Source: a virus
Taxonomy: Duplodnaviria > Caudoviricetes
Length of the DNA stretch: 56,264 nt
IMG/VR virus record: IMGVR_UViG_3300025127_000046
Coordinates: 1 to 56,264 of that record
Reading direction: 5' to 3' (one strand)
Part shown: piece by piece, positions 20,752 to 31,667 of the stretch
Layout of the letters: each line of letters begins with the position of its first letter
Numbering within the stretch: the stretch's first letter is position 1
Notes under the pieces: generated by a model
What the model was told of the DNA's origin: nothing
What the model saw: only the letters and a program-made list of their open reading frames with translations
Database searches by the model: none
Program-made: the position numbers and the translations under genes

Positions 20752-23700
20752 ATGGCGAATTATTATTTAGACTTTGTTGGGTTGAACACTCTTATTTACG
20801 AACCAAGCACCTATATTGATGCCGATAGTGGCCTTTTTACTGGTACCACGAATGGAGAAAGAATCACAGATATAAATGGAGCCACCCAAGTGGTGTTCAT
20901 TTCCCCCATTGACAATGCAAGAGATGGCAGGTACAATCTTGTGGATACTGTCAATTTTATAGGCGCTATGGGAGGACTTACGATCTCGCCTATAGGCACA
21001 TGGCATCACCACGTGACTCATGGCGTGAAAAATTTCAAGTTTCCAAAATCAATTCCTAATTCTGCATCATATTTTTGTGCACTAATGCTACACAGGAACG
21101 GCCCCTATGGCTATCCAACGTGGAAACAGATCAGAGCTAGTGAGAATCCTCTAAGCAGAAGGCATGTTAAAGTGAGTGCCTTTACTCATGTTGTTGAGCC
21201 GGGCAACTCTATTGTAATTGATGGATCTAATGTAAGGGCAAAGTACGGAGAAATAAAAGCATACGTAGAAACTCCGGTCACTTTTAGAAATCATCCACTT
21301 GTGGTTCGAGGCGCATCAAGAACACAGTCGGAAAAGTCAAGCAAAATTTCAATGGAAAGATTTGACATCAAGACTAGCTACTCAAATCGATTGACGTTTT
21401 TTAACAACAAAGAGCTAGATAAATATTACGGCAAAACAGAAGATCGTGACAAGGTTTATGATAATATAAAAGATTTATATCTAGAAGATGGTCTGAATTC
21501 TATCGAATCGCCGATGGATGTTTTTGAGTTTATAAAATACTCCGAGACTGTCTATCCCTCGCAGATTTATGTCAACAAAAGTTATACAAGACAGAGAAAA
21601 AACTTCTCCTTCAATTGGAGAGATGAGAGAAACAACAGAAGACAAATGGGCGTTGATAACGGTTTTGGTTCCACCGTATCTCAGAGTGTGTGGCCTTTAG
21701 ACTGGAATACTGATGGCGACAACCACAGTACTGTGCTTATTCAACTGGGCTACGACCATCATGATGGCTCGTCGATTCCCCTAAAAGTAGATGCTGGAAT
21801 TTTGCAAAATCAATATTCTTCTGGTCACTATACGGTGCATCATTATGTGACATCTTCAGTGTTAGATACTTTTGTAAGGCCGGCCCCTATCTACAATAGA
21901 AAGCATACGATTGAACACTCGGCCTCGGTTGTTTCAAAGAATGGAATGCTAATCGAGGGCATTAATACTGGTACAACATTTGGCAATATAGGTGCTTTTG
22001 ACAGCTTTCAGGGTGATGCAAAGTGGCAAGCCGGAGAAATGAGAGGTAGAAATCCATTTTATGATTCTTATGACGAGTTTGTTCAAGGCGTAAGACAGAA
22101 AGGAAAAGGGTATACAATAGTGCCGGAGTTTAGAATAAGTAGCCATGTGAGCGATATAGTCTCGAAAGGAATAGACACAAAGTTTTCTAACATGTTTGAA
22201 TTGTCCGGGGCATTGGGTTCTGCTGATTTTAGCGATGAAGATAAATTTTTTGAAATCTATTCAACTAGTGACTTCCTTAAACATTTTGAAGTGATTAGAG
22301 AAGACCACAAAGACTTTGTTGAACCAAGAAGAATAAAATTAAAATGCAAAGCTGTATTGAAGTTTTTGCCTTATAATGGTTTTTATCCCGCACAAAGAAC
22401 AGTGGATATGGCAAAGCAATTTTATTCATCATACAGTAATGCAGTCTTAGGAGCAACAGGATCTACTTTTGATTATCAACCGTTAGGAAATTCGGCTAAA
22501 ATCGTCTTTCAAAACTTTTTAGCACCATTATTTGCACCCGGTGTTTTATTCAATTCGATAAAGTCTGGTATTGCTTGTGACTATCCTATTGTCACAAACC
22601 CAATTTCGGAAGCAAACGACAGGGTTTTGCTAAATCCGGCTGGCCCCAGCTTCGCCGGCAAATATTATCTCAACACAATAAGCAACACGGTGAATTTGTT
22701 TGAAGATAGAATTCCATTTACCGCATTGCTTAGTCCTGAAAGCCATATGGCAGGAAAATCTATTGGCTGCAATGAGCCTCATATTTCTAGCAACCTCTCA
22801 TCATCTGTATTTTGGAATGGCACCGGAGATAATTTGTATAAGCTAATGGCTCACAATTTTTTGTCTGAAGTGGGTTCATTTTTCTTGCAAGGTCAACAAT
22901 TTAGCAAAATTTATTCCGCACCATCAGATGATCCATCTGTTGGGCAAGCAAAGTCAGGATCAACATATTCTATGAGGGTTTCGATGTACAAAACATCGAA
23001 CACAGCATCTTTGACGCTAATCAACGGCTCCGATGGTTATTTTGCCGCTCCTCAGTACCCGTCCGGCTCCGTTGAGAACTTTACAATGTATTCAAGACCA
23101 ACAGCATTTGGCCCGCCTTCTCAAGCAACATGGCCCGCTACCGGATCTGTCTCTGACATGACCGGGTCAGACTCTGCGATTGGCGAGAATCACCCCTATA
23201 CTCCGCCCTACTATTATGGGCAAGCATGGGCAGATATCAAATTCACAGCAACTGAGACTAAAAAATACAGCATCGGAGAAATAATCCGTAATTCAACAGT
23301 TGAGTATTATAGACATTTAGACAGAAGAACTAATCATTCCAATGCAGACAGGAAAGAAGAGGCCATTAGAGTAAACAAGCTGTATAATACCAACGCAATG
23401 CAGCTAAGTGCATCTCTAGACTTGTTCGCTCAAGGTGAAATAAGAAATGTTGATTTGGTTGGAGACGGAACATCTCAAGGAGTGAGTGTTGCTGTTAATG
23501 CTTCTGGCGAAGAAAAGTCTAGATGGATAATTCAATCTTATTTTGAAACACCTATGTTAAATTTCAATAGTTATACGTCCACTGGCTCTCTTTATATGCC
23601 ACCAACAGAAGGCAAACAAGCTGTTCCACGTGGGATGTGGCATCAATATGGGTTTTTGGAAACAGACCCAGCTAAGGGCGTGTTCTTGGGAGTGTCTGAA

Positions 23701-25026
23701 ATACCAGAGGACTTTAGAACAAATTTTGTTGGCTCTGCGGCGGAAGAATCCTTAGTCGACTTATGCGGATTTAGCAAGGACGTAGTAAGACTAGGTACTC
23801 CTGCCACTGCCAAGCAAATTGGAGAAGCGGTAGTTGCAATTCCTTTTGTAGAGCAGAATGGTCGTAGAAAGTTTTTCAGATTAGAAAAAGGAGCTGTTTA
23901 TGGCGCAGCAGCAGATCTAGATATAAACACCAAAAGAGACAACATTGCAAATAGCATAATCGACATGGTTGATAAAATGAAAAGGTATGTTATTCCGCCA
24001 TTCATAGATTTTGTACATAGAAGAGACATTGAACCTTTTGCAATGTACATATTTGAATTTACAAAAATGCTAGACCAGCAAGATTTAGCAGATATATGGC
24101 AGAACTTGCCACCAAAAGATATTGGTCGTTCATTTAGTGAGGCGACAGCCACAATTAGTCACAACCTATTAGCCTATGAAATGCTTGGTGGTGGAAAGTT
24201 GAAAAAGTCCGAAGACGGCCAAGGAAAAGGTAATCCATTCCCAGAAAAAGTTCAATGGCTTGTATTCAAAGCCAAACAAAGAGGCGAGGCTAATTATTAT
24301 AATAAAGTCGTGGGATTGGGTAGAAAAACAAAAACAGCAGATTCTAAACCATTGCCTGAGAGTGATATTGGATCTTCAATATTTAGGCCGCCAAACTATG
24401 GAACAGACTTATCTTACAACTGGCCCTATGATTTCTTTTCATTGGTTGAGTTAGCCAAATTAGATGTTGATGTCACCATGTCTGATTCCTATGTTCAAGA
24501 TGATCCGAAATTATTGATAAAACCAATTATAGGAACGCCTACTGAGCCTCCTCCAAGGCCACCATTGCTTTACACTGGGCCGGTTGGGCCAACTGCTCCA
24601 ATACAAGAAGACTTCCCTGTTCTTGACGAGCAGAATACACAAGGCGAGAACATGGTAACAGGACAAATGATAAATTCTATTGAAGGCGATATGCAACAAA
24701 TAGAAACAGATTTTACAGATTTGATGCAGGATATGCAAACTATGACCCAAGGAGCGCAAGCAGGAATGGGCCCAATAAATATACAACAAGTAGCGATGGA
24801 CTCAGGGCCGGGCAGTTTTATGCCAGATACGCCAATGGATGGGGAACAAGTAGCATCCATGACGCAGAATTTTGTCGGCGGACTAACTAACAACATGATG
24901 CAACAAGCATCAACGATGCAACAGATGGCTTCAAGCCAATCAACTCAAATGCAACAGGCAGAATTGCAGGACGTTGGATCACAGTTTACGACAAATTTAT
25001 TATCTAACATGTTCACAGGATACTAA
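20752..25026 (+). CDS. Large hypothetical virion protein with Met/Gln-rich C-terminal tail
   Basis: ~1420-aa ORF in the structural block. Likely start ATG 20752 after GGAG. Confidence 0.65.
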   Translation: MANYYLDFVGLNTLIYEPSTYIDADSGLFTGTTNGERITDINGATQVVFISPIDNARDGRYNLVDTVNFIGAMGGLTISPIGTWHHHVTHGVKNFKFPKSIPNSASYFCALMLHRNGPYGYPTWKQIRASENPLSRRHVKVSAFTHVVEPGNSIVIDGSNVRAKYGEIKAYVETPVTFRNHPLVVRGASRTQSEKSSKISMERFDIKTSYSNRLTFFNNKELDKYYGKTEDRDKVYDNIKDLYLEDGLNSIESPMDVFEFIKYSETVYPSQIYVNKSYTRQRKNFSFNWRDERNNRRQMGVDNGFGSTVSQSVWPLDWNTDGDNHSTVLIQLGYDHHDGSSIPLKVDAGILQNQYSSGHYTVHHYVTSSVLDTFVRPAPIYNRKHTIEHSASVVSKNGMLIEGINTGTTFGNIGAFDSFQGDAKWQAGEMRGRNPFYDSYDEFVQGVRQKGKGYTIVPEFRISSHVSDIVSKGIDTKFSNMFELSGALGSADFSDEDKFFEIYSTSDFLKHFEVIREDHKDFVEPRRIKLKCKAVLKFLPYNGFYPAQRTVDMAKQFYSSYSNAVLGATGSTFDYQPLGNSAKIVFQNFLAPLFAPGVLFNSIKSGIACDYPIVTNPISEANDRVLLNPAGPSFAGKYYLNTISNTVNLFEDRIPFTALLSPESHMAGKSIGCNEPHISSNLSSSVFWNGTGDNLYKLMAHNFLSEVGSFFLQGQQFSKIYSAPSDDPSVGQAKSGSTYSMRVSMYKTSNTASLTLINGSDGYFAAPQYPSGSVENFTMYSRPTAFGPPSQATWPATGSVSDMTGSDSAIGENHPYTPPYYYGQAWADIKFTATETKKYSIGEIIRNSTVEYYRHLDRRTNHSNADRKEEAIRVNKLYNTNAMQLSASLDLFAQGEIRNVDLVGDGTSQGVSVAVNASGEEKSRWIIQSYFETPMLNFNSYTSTGSLYMPPTEGKQAVPRGMWHQYGFLETDPAKGVFLGVSEIPEDFRTNFVGSAAEESLVDLCGFSKDVVRLGTPATAKQIGEAVVAIPFVEQNGRRKFFRLEKGAVYGAAADLDINTKRDNIANSIIDMVDKMKRYVIPPFIDFVHRRDIEPFAMYIFEFTKMLDQQDLADIWQNLPPKDIGRSFSEATATISHNLLAYEMLGGGKLKKSEDGQGKGNPFPEKVQWLVFKAKQRGEANYYNKVVGLGRKTKTADSKPLPESDIGSSIFRPPNYGTDLSYNWPYDFFSLVELAKLDVDVTMSDSYVQDDPKLLIKPIIGTPTEPPPRPPLLYTGPVGPTAPIQEDFPVLDEQNTQGENMVTGQMINSIEGDMQQIETDFTDLMQDMQTMTQGAQAGMGPINIQQVAMDSGPGSFMPDTPMDGEQVASMTQNFVGGLTNNMMQQASTMQQMASSQSTQMQQAELQDVGSQFTTNLLSNMFTGY

Positions 25027-25028
25027 TC

Positions 25029-25958
25029 ATGACTTTCTTTAACAAAAAAGAGGATGTAATCAAAATAGAATTGACTCCACACGGCAGGAAGCTATTATCC
25101 AAGGGTAAATTGAAACCACAGTATTATGCTTTTTTTGACGACGACATTCTATATGATTCTGCAAAAGCAGGATTTTCTGAAACAAACACTGAAACAAAAA
25201 GCAGAATCCTTTCAGAAACTCCATATCTAAGGCCACAAGTAAGCTATATTGGAGTGGAATCAAATATAAGAGACCAAAAACCACAGATTGATAATAAAAT
25301 GCTAAATATGGTTGGCAGTAATAAAATAGAAGAGAAAAGAACAAATGGGTGGAAAGTAACGTTTTTACACAACACTGCATCGTCCATATCTAATAGCTTT
25401 GAATCATCTAATTCTCCAACCCTACAGATTCCACAAATAGATTGCAACATAGAGTATAAAATAAAATTAGAAAATGTGCAACCCAACAATCCAAAGACAA
25501 ACTACAACTTTTCCAGCATTGGGCAAAGTTTTGGCAACGAGAGTATAACACAAGAACAACAACAACTTCTAATTAACATCATCGAGCAAAATGGCTTCAA
25601 TTTTAACGAAGGGCTTGAGATGGAGGTGCACCTATATGAGGAAGATGAGTCGGCGTACAAAAAGTTATCCTTTATTGGCGAGAAGGAGATAATAGTTGAA
25701 GGCATCATGATTGATGATGAAGACTCCTTCTCTTCTTTGTTCAAGACAGAACAGAGACCAGAAACGCCTGACATAGTAAGTTATTGGCTTGATATAGCAA
25801 CCGATAGCACTATTGCGCCTTCTGATATCTGTAGCGGAAGAAAAAAACTTGAGCTAAATGATATTTACTTAGATAGTGAAGTAGAGTGTCCGGACGAAGG
25901 AGAGCTATATAATATTTATGCAAACACTGCTAAAGAGATCGAGGATTGTGAAGAATGA
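25029..25958 (+). CDS. Structural protein, paralogue of 30708..31652
   Basis: N-terminal LTPHGRKLLSKG...FFDDDILYD parallels LTDHGRKVLSKG...VGDEEIDY. Confidence 0.6.
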   Translation: MTFFNKKEDVIKIELTPHGRKLLSKGKLKPQYYAFFDDDILYDSAKAGFSETNTETKSRILSETPYLRPQVSYIGVESNIRDQKPQIDNKMLNMVGSNKIEEKRTNGWKVTFLHNTASSISNSFESSNSPTLQIPQIDCNIEYKIKLENVQPNNPKTNYNFSSIGQSFGNESITQEQQQLLINIIEQNGFNFNEGLEMEVHLYEEDESAYKKLSFIGEKEIIVEGIMIDDEDSFSSLFKTEQRPETPDIVSYWLDIATDSTIAPSDICSGRKKLELNDIYLDSEVECPDEGELYNIYANTAKEIEDCEE

Positions 25959-28729
25959 CAGTAGTAGGAAATGATTTGTTGCCAAATTGTTATGTAAAAA
26001 AAATAAATTTACATGATAACAAGATTGAAGTTAAGGCATTCTGTGTCGACTCCAACACAGAACCAGAATGGTGCAATGATCCGGTAAAGATGAAATATTA
26101 CAAATTGGTTGTCGTATCGACACAATCAGAGGCTGTTATTTTATCTATGCGTGAAGGTATCCTGAAAATGAACAAAAGGCACATTCAAAAGTTAGATGCA
26201 AATGCAGTTGTTAAAGTTGTTTCTATGAAGCACATAAAGTCTGAGGTCGTAGATGGTAATAAGATTTACCAAATTACAACTTCACATCCTTACGAAAATA
26301 CCAATAATTTATTTGTTTATGCTGCTGTAGTAGTTGATCCTATTGAGATTGCCGGCGAAAGATTCGCAGACGTAGAGTTTATTCAGGGCCCCATAGCCTC
26401 AGAGATTGTTTTTGAAAACGGCATAATGCAAACAACAACCAGCATTTGGAAATTGCCTAGTAATGAGCAATGGATTGGGCCAGTGCACCGACATCCAGAA
26501 GCAGGATTTATGCAGTTCTCTAGGCACTCTGACAATATTCCACACCAGCCAGTCTCTAGAGTTTATGTTCCTAATTTGAAACTGAAAGATCTAAGAAAAA
26601 AAACAAAAAGAAAAAATAGCATAAAAAAGTTTTCAAATAAGTTAACAGAAGTTTCTGATTTATTTCATTCGTTTGGAGATGATGGTGCTAATAAATTTAT
26701 GTTTTTCGTCAACATGGAGCAAATAATTTATAAAAACACAAAATATGGAACTGTCTTTTTGGCCCTTGACGATTCATATTCTGACAAATTCATCAATCAA
26801 ATAAGATTTAGAAATTTATCAATCAACAGAAACAAAATCAAAACATTTAGATTTATTAGCAACAAAGAAAAGAAAAGAAAAACCGTCGAGACAAAAAGAA
26901 TTATTACAAATTTTGAAAATATCGAGAGGGAATTCGTTGCTTCATACGGCGGCGAAACAATTCAGAGAAGAATCTTTCCCTTTGATAAAAAGTTAATGGC
27001 GATAGAATTCCCAGACACAGAATTACAAGAATTATTTGGTAAATATAATTATGATTTTTCTATGTCGTTTATGGATCCCACCATTGTTGAGGCTAAATCA
27101 ATTTTGCAAGATGTTTTACAAGCAATGAAATCGATAGACGATTACTTAAAAAGAATAAATTTTAGATTGAGAACAAAGGCACTAAAAGATAACCCTCCTA
27201 GCAACTGGTTTTCATCTGAGTTGTCTCTCTTTTCAGAAGATATCAGCACTGCTCCATGGATTTTCGCTCCAAAAATTTATTCTAAATACAAAAACATGTT
27301 TTTTAATGACGGAGAATCAACAGAGGCCACAGAGAACAAAAACTTTTCTCTTATAGAGCCCAAATCGTTGAACTATGGCTCACTATTGAATTTCAAATCA
27401 GAATTGTATAATTTGTACAATTATATTGAAAACGTTTTTGAGATAAAGATTGATAGTAAGAGTATAAACAATGAATTTTCGTGGCCCAAAAAAACAGCAA
27501 TGAGCAACATGGTGACTTACACTGCTCATTTTGAAAAAATAATTGAGCCACACTCCCACAGAAAGTTTTATTCGTATCTTCAAGACGGCACTGGTGACAC
27601 ATTTTTTAGAAGAATAAATAAAAACCAGATAAACCAAAGAGTACAAATTGAAAATAATAAATTTTTCAAATCTATGAAAAACGATTCTGACTCCGGTACG
27701 TTTGGAGATGTGAACAGCAGTAAAGCATCCTTTTTTACCCCAGTGTCTGTTCGGGGTAACAATAAACACTTTTCACTAGAAGATGTCAGAAATGTTGACT
27801 TGATAGAGTTCAACAAGTTCTATGATAATATAAAAATCAGAAAAGTTCGAAGCAAAAAGAGCGTGTTTAGAATAACGCCGTTAGCTTTTGAAATGTTTCC
27901 ACATCTCTTTGAAACACAAAACGAAGAAGATTACTATGTGGATGCCGAAGACTATTTAGGTAGTGATTCTAATTTCTTGAATTTTTCTGATGTTGAGGTT
28001 GAACAAAAGAAGAAAAAGTTTAGACAGAAAACCAAAAGAAAATTTAGTAATAAAATTTCCAAAAACAAGACAAGCTCTAGAGACAAAATTTCGATTTATA
28101 AAAAGAATAATATTTTTACGAAAAGGCCTATTTCTCGTGCTCCGAAAAGCTCTAGAGGGGTTCCTCTGATACCAAATCAATTTAGAGCTTTCAATTTTAA
28201 ATCTTTGAAAATTGCGAAGCCCGTCTTCACTCAAAGAGAAGTAATCGAAGCAGATAATGATTTGCTTGTTTCTGTTTATTATTTTTATATTTCTCAATTT
28301 GAATATCTGTTGGATTTCAAAGTTAGTTCAAATGGAGTTAAAGATTTGAAGAATCCTATTTGGAATGTTGTGACTCACGATATGATAGATAGTTTGTCGA
28401 ATGGAACATTGTGTAGAATGGTAAGACCAAAAAGCATGGCTACTAATTACGAAATAGACGAAAGAGTTGTGCTGCCGTATTCAGATGAGCATTTTATCAT
28501 GACCAACAGCACTCTCCCTGCGATTGCTCCCGAGGCCACAACATCATCATCATCGCAAACAATAAACAATTTCACAACCACAGCAAATGTTGATATGGCC
28601 GGCAGTGTAAGCGAATTAATAAAGCAAAATCCTACAACAGAAGAACAAATTTTCTCCTCAACAGAGACAAAAGAAACAGGACAAACAGCCGCAGCAACTA
28701 ACTATAACACTGGAACTGGAGGCTACTAA
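25955..28729 (+). CDS. Hypothetical protein (924 aa)
   Basis: Long ORF coupled on both sides; includes a WIGPVHRHP segment. Confidence 0.65.
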   Translation: MTVVGNDLLPNCYVKKINLHDNKIEVKAFCVDSNTEPEWCNDPVKMKYYKLVVVSTQSEAVILSMREGILKMNKRHIQKLDANAVVKVVSMKHIKSEVVDGNKIYQITTSHPYENTNNLFVYAAVVVDPIEIAGERFADVEFIQGPIASEIVFENGIMQTTTSIWKLPSNEQWIGPVHRHPEAGFMQFSRHSDNIPHQPVSRVYVPNLKLKDLRKKTKRKNSIKKFSNKLTEVSDLFHSFGDDGANKFMFFVNMEQIIYKNTKYGTVFLALDDSYSDKFINQIRFRNLSINRNKIKTFRFISNKEKKRKTVETKRIITNFENIEREFVASYGGETIQRRIFPFDKKLMAIEFPDTELQELFGKYNYDFSMSFMDPTIVEAKSILQDVLQAMKSIDDYLKRINFRLRTKALKDNPPSNWFSSELSLFSEDISTAPWIFAPKIYSKYKNMFFNDGESTEATENKNFSLIEPKSLNYGSLLNFKSELYNLYNYIENVFEIKIDSKSINNEFSWPKKTAMSNMVTYTAHFEKIIEPHSHRKFYSYLQDGTGDTFFRRINKNQINQRVQIENNKFFKSMKNDSDSGTFGDVNSSKASFFTPVSVRGNNKHFSLEDVRNVDLIEFNKFYDNIKIRKVRSKKSVFRITPLAFEMFPHLFETQNEEDYYVDAEDYLGSDSNFLNFSDVEVEQKKKKFRQKTKRKFSNKISKNKTSSRDKISIYKKNNIFTKRPISRAPKSSRGVPLIPNQFRAFNFKSLKIAKPVFTQREVIEADNDLLVSVYYFYISQFEYLLDFKVSSNGVKDLKNPIWNVVTHDMIDSLSNGTLCRMVRPKSMATNYEIDERVVLPYSDEHFIMTNSTLPAIAPEATTSSSSQTINNFTTTANVDMAGSVSELIKQNPTTEEQIFSSTETKETGQTAAATNYNTGTGGY

Positions 28730-30675
28730 TGAACTTTTCTTTAGAAAGAAAAATAAAAAGAAATGTCGTAGAGGACTATAAACTAAAACTTTCACAAACA
28801 GAAGATGAGCCTAATCTGCTCAATGCACAAATTTTGTCAAAAGAAGCAAAAATAGAATTCAAGAGCAGAAGTGAAAAAATAAGCTCTTTTAGCGATGTTA
28901 TACAAGTCAAATTGTCACCAAACATAGACGAAGACACTTTTAATTCTTTGGTCTCTGACTTGAACGAGGAACAGTTTACATTTCACAATATGAATTATTC
29001 CCTACCAGTAGAAAGTGACTTTTTGATTCCATATGAAGTTCATGGCAAAAGTCCGACAATCAAGATAGGCTCTAAGGTCAATTTTTATAATGAACAAATA
29101 GAAATAAATAATGAAATAAATGGCACACCGGATAGCATTTACAGACGGGCTGTAGACTTTGAAACAAAAAAATCGATTGATTTCTTTAGTGCTGCGAATA
29201 GAGGCGAAAACAACACGGGCAAAGACATTTTACATGAAAGTATTGATTTTGCCAATATAAATAGCAACAAGGAACTATACCCTTGTCATTCTGAAATAAC
29301 AATTTCTAGAAACGAAATAGAGGTATTTAGGCCAATACTAAAAGAATTGAAATTCTATTCATTGTTTATGAATGAAACGGAAAGAAAAATGAATAGAATT
29401 TTGTCATATTCCAATCAAAGAAACGAATCAGAGCAAAATTATCAATTCAATTTGTTAAATAATATAATCTCAAGTATGTCCGATGCTGATTTCAATGAAC
29501 ATCTTGTCTCTAGACAAGAATCAAGTACTATCAATTTTATTACAAAACTTGAGGCCTTAGGAAAACTACAAAAACAGTCATTATATAATTCTAATTATAA
29601 AAAACTTGTAGAAACAGGAGCAGTACCAGTTGAAACTATCTTTTATAAAATAACAAAATTTGAAGGGTTCCAAACAACAAACCCAGTAAAAAGTTTTATG
29701 GTACCGAATTATTCTGACGTGGTTAGTTTTATCGACACAGAGGTCAATTATAATAATAATTATACTTATTCTATAAGTGCATACGTTGTTGTTTATGGCG
29801 TCACATATTCCTACAACCTCGTTGATCAAAATTATGATTCTAGACAAGCAACTTTTGAGGTTAGGTCAGAGCCAAATCCTATTGTTACAAAAATTGATTT
29901 TATTTCTAAATCAATAACAATCTCAACTAACCCGCCATTATCACCTGACGTCAGATTTATTAACGAGTCTAGCAGCACTAACTTAATAAAAATGGCCTTT
30001 TTGATGAGAAAGGGGATTGAGAAAAAGTATTTCATAAACTTGTTAGAGCGAGACTCTATGCTAGAAATGAAGACAGATCCAGTAGACAATAAAGTAACTT
30101 TTGAAAACGCCATCGAGCCACTGACAGTACAGGTTATGCGATTAGACAAGAGGCCAAAATCAATTTATGATTTTAAAGACTCTATTGTGACAACAATTAC
30201 AAAGCAAGATGATGATTCAAGAAATATGGAGCTAATTATTCATAAAGAAAATATTTTTCCTAATAAAAAATATTATTACATTTTTAGGACGCAAAGCGTG
30301 ACGGGCATGGTCTCTAATCCATCACCGGTATATGAAGTAGAGTTGATAAAGGATTCTGATAAATCTAAAATTTCTGTGTCTATTATAAAAGTTGATATGG
30401 TAAAAGATTTTGATCCTACAAGAAAATTTAGGAACATGCTACAAGTCAAGCCTGCATTTATTCATACTGTACTTTTAGACAAAAGAGAGGACACATCTAC
30501 GATGCCTAACAGCAACACAGACCCTCTAAGTTTGTTCAGTCTTGGAAAGGCAGATTATCCAATTTGGGGTAGAAAATTCAAGATTCGAATCAAGTCAAAT
30601 GAAAGCGGGAAAATTTTAGATCTAAATCTAAATTTTAGTCTAATAAAGGAGCGAATCAAAGAAGATTTGTCATAA
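28729..30675 (+). CDS. Hypothetical protein (648 aa), possibly with FN3/Ig-like C-terminal domains
   Basis: FIDTEV...YTYSISAY and NKKYYYIFRT...SNPS resemble FN3-type strands. Confidence 0.55.
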   Translation: MNFSLERKIKRNVVEDYKLKLSQTEDEPNLLNAQILSKEAKIEFKSRSEKISSFSDVIQVKLSPNIDEDTFNSLVSDLNEEQFTFHNMNYSLPVESDFLIPYEVHGKSPTIKIGSKVNFYNEQIEINNEINGTPDSIYRRAVDFETKKSIDFFSAANRGENNTGKDILHESIDFANINSNKELYPCHSEITISRNEIEVFRPILKELKFYSLFMNETERKMNRILSYSNQRNESEQNYQFNLLNNIISSMSDADFNEHLVSRQESSTINFITKLEALGKLQKQSLYNSNYKKLVETGAVPVETIFYKITKFEGFQTTNPVKSFMVPNYSDVVSFIDTEVNYNNNYTYSISAYVVVYGVTYSYNLVDQNYDSRQATFEVRSEPNPIVTKIDFISKSITISTNPPLSPDVRFINESSSTNLIKMAFLMRKGIEKKYFINLLERDSMLEMKTDPVDNKVTFENAIEPLTVQVMRLDKRPKSIYDFKDSIVTTITKQDDDSRNMELIIHKENIFPNKKYYYIFRTQSVTGMVSNPSPVYEVELIKDSDKSKISVSIIKVDMVKDFDPTRKFRNMLQVKPAFIHTVLLDKREDTSTMPNSNTDPLSLFSLGKADYPIWGRKFKIRIKSNESGKILDLNLNFSLIKERIKEDLS

Positions 30676-30679
30676 AGAC

Positions 30680-30688
30680 CTATTTATA
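30680..30688 (+). promoter_or_regulatory. Candidate late promoter CTATTTATA
   Basis: Intergenic, upstream of the AAGGAG RBS of gene 30708. Confidence 0.6.
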
Positions 30689-30707
30689 GTGATCAAGGAG
30701 ATATTAA

Positions 30708-31652
30708 ATGGCTTTTTTAGATAATAGTGGTGATATTATTTTAGATGTTGTACTAACAGACCATGGGAGAAAAGTGTTGTCAAAAGGAGATGGCTCTTTT
30801 CAAATTACAAAATTTGCAGTTGGAGATGAGGAAATTGATTATACTTTGTATAATACTTCTCATGCTAGCGGATCTGCTTATTATGATCTAGAAATTCTAC
30901 AAACACCAGTACTAGAGGCTTTTACTAACAATGCCTCTTCAATGAAGACAAAGCTAATTTCCATTCAGAATAACAATCTCTTGTATCTACCAGTTCTGAA
31001 ACTAAATGAAAACTATAATGACACACAAAGAAACACAAAAGGTGTTTATGTCGTGGCAGTAGATAGAGAGACTGAAGGTACTGACGCTGCTGGTACAATT
31101 AAAGCGATCGGTATTGATCAAAATGGAAAACATGTTGTTGGTGTTTTATTCGGAGAATCTTTTGAAAGCTCAAATAGCATCCGAGTTGATCAGGGAATAG
31201 ACAGCAGCGAAATTTCTCCGAAGCAATCCTCTTTGATGGACGGATTGATTGAAGATGTTTACATTTTACAAATTGACAATCGATTAGGGAGAATCGTTGA
31301 CTTAAATGGAAATAGAATCTCAGAAGATTACATCGACGATGATGATATAGCTTTTTACACAGTAGATGCATCAACTGGTTTAGTGGTCAACAACTCCGAT
31401 GATTCTACTTCTTCAACACAAACAATTTCTGGACCGAGAGGATCCATTTTACAATTCAAAATAGCAGCCTCGCTTGATTTGAACACTAGCACCTATTTGT
31501 TTACAAAGCTAGGTGGAACAGATACGATGCCGAGAAAAAGCGATGGTGCAAATACTAATGTTCGAATTATCGATACTCATGTTAGAGTAACAGGAATGGT
31601 CACAGGCTACACTTTAGACATTCCTGTTAGATTTGTAAAAACAATTACTTAA
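30708..31652 (+). CDS. Baseplate/tail-collar-like structural protein
   Basis: MAFLDNSGDIILDVVLTDHGRKVL...ITKFAVGDEEIDY resembles the N-terminal half of tail-collar (DUF3751-like) domains. Confidence 0.6.
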   Translation: MAFLDNSGDIILDVVLTDHGRKVLSKGDGSFQITKFAVGDEEIDYTLYNTSHASGSAYYDLEILQTPVLEAFTNNASSMKTKLISIQNNNLLYLPVLKLNENYNDTQRNTKGVYVVAVDRETEGTDAAGTIKAIGIDQNGKHVVGVLFGESFESSNSIRVDQGIDSSEISPKQSSLMDGLIEDVYILQIDNRLGRIVDLNGNRISEDYIDDDDIAFYTVDASTGLVVNNSDDSTSSTQTISGPRGSILQFKIAASLDLNTSTYLFTKLGGTDTMPRKSDGANTNVRIIDTHVRVTGMVTGYTLDIPVRFVKTIT

Positions 31653-31667
31653 TAGAGAGAGAAAAAA

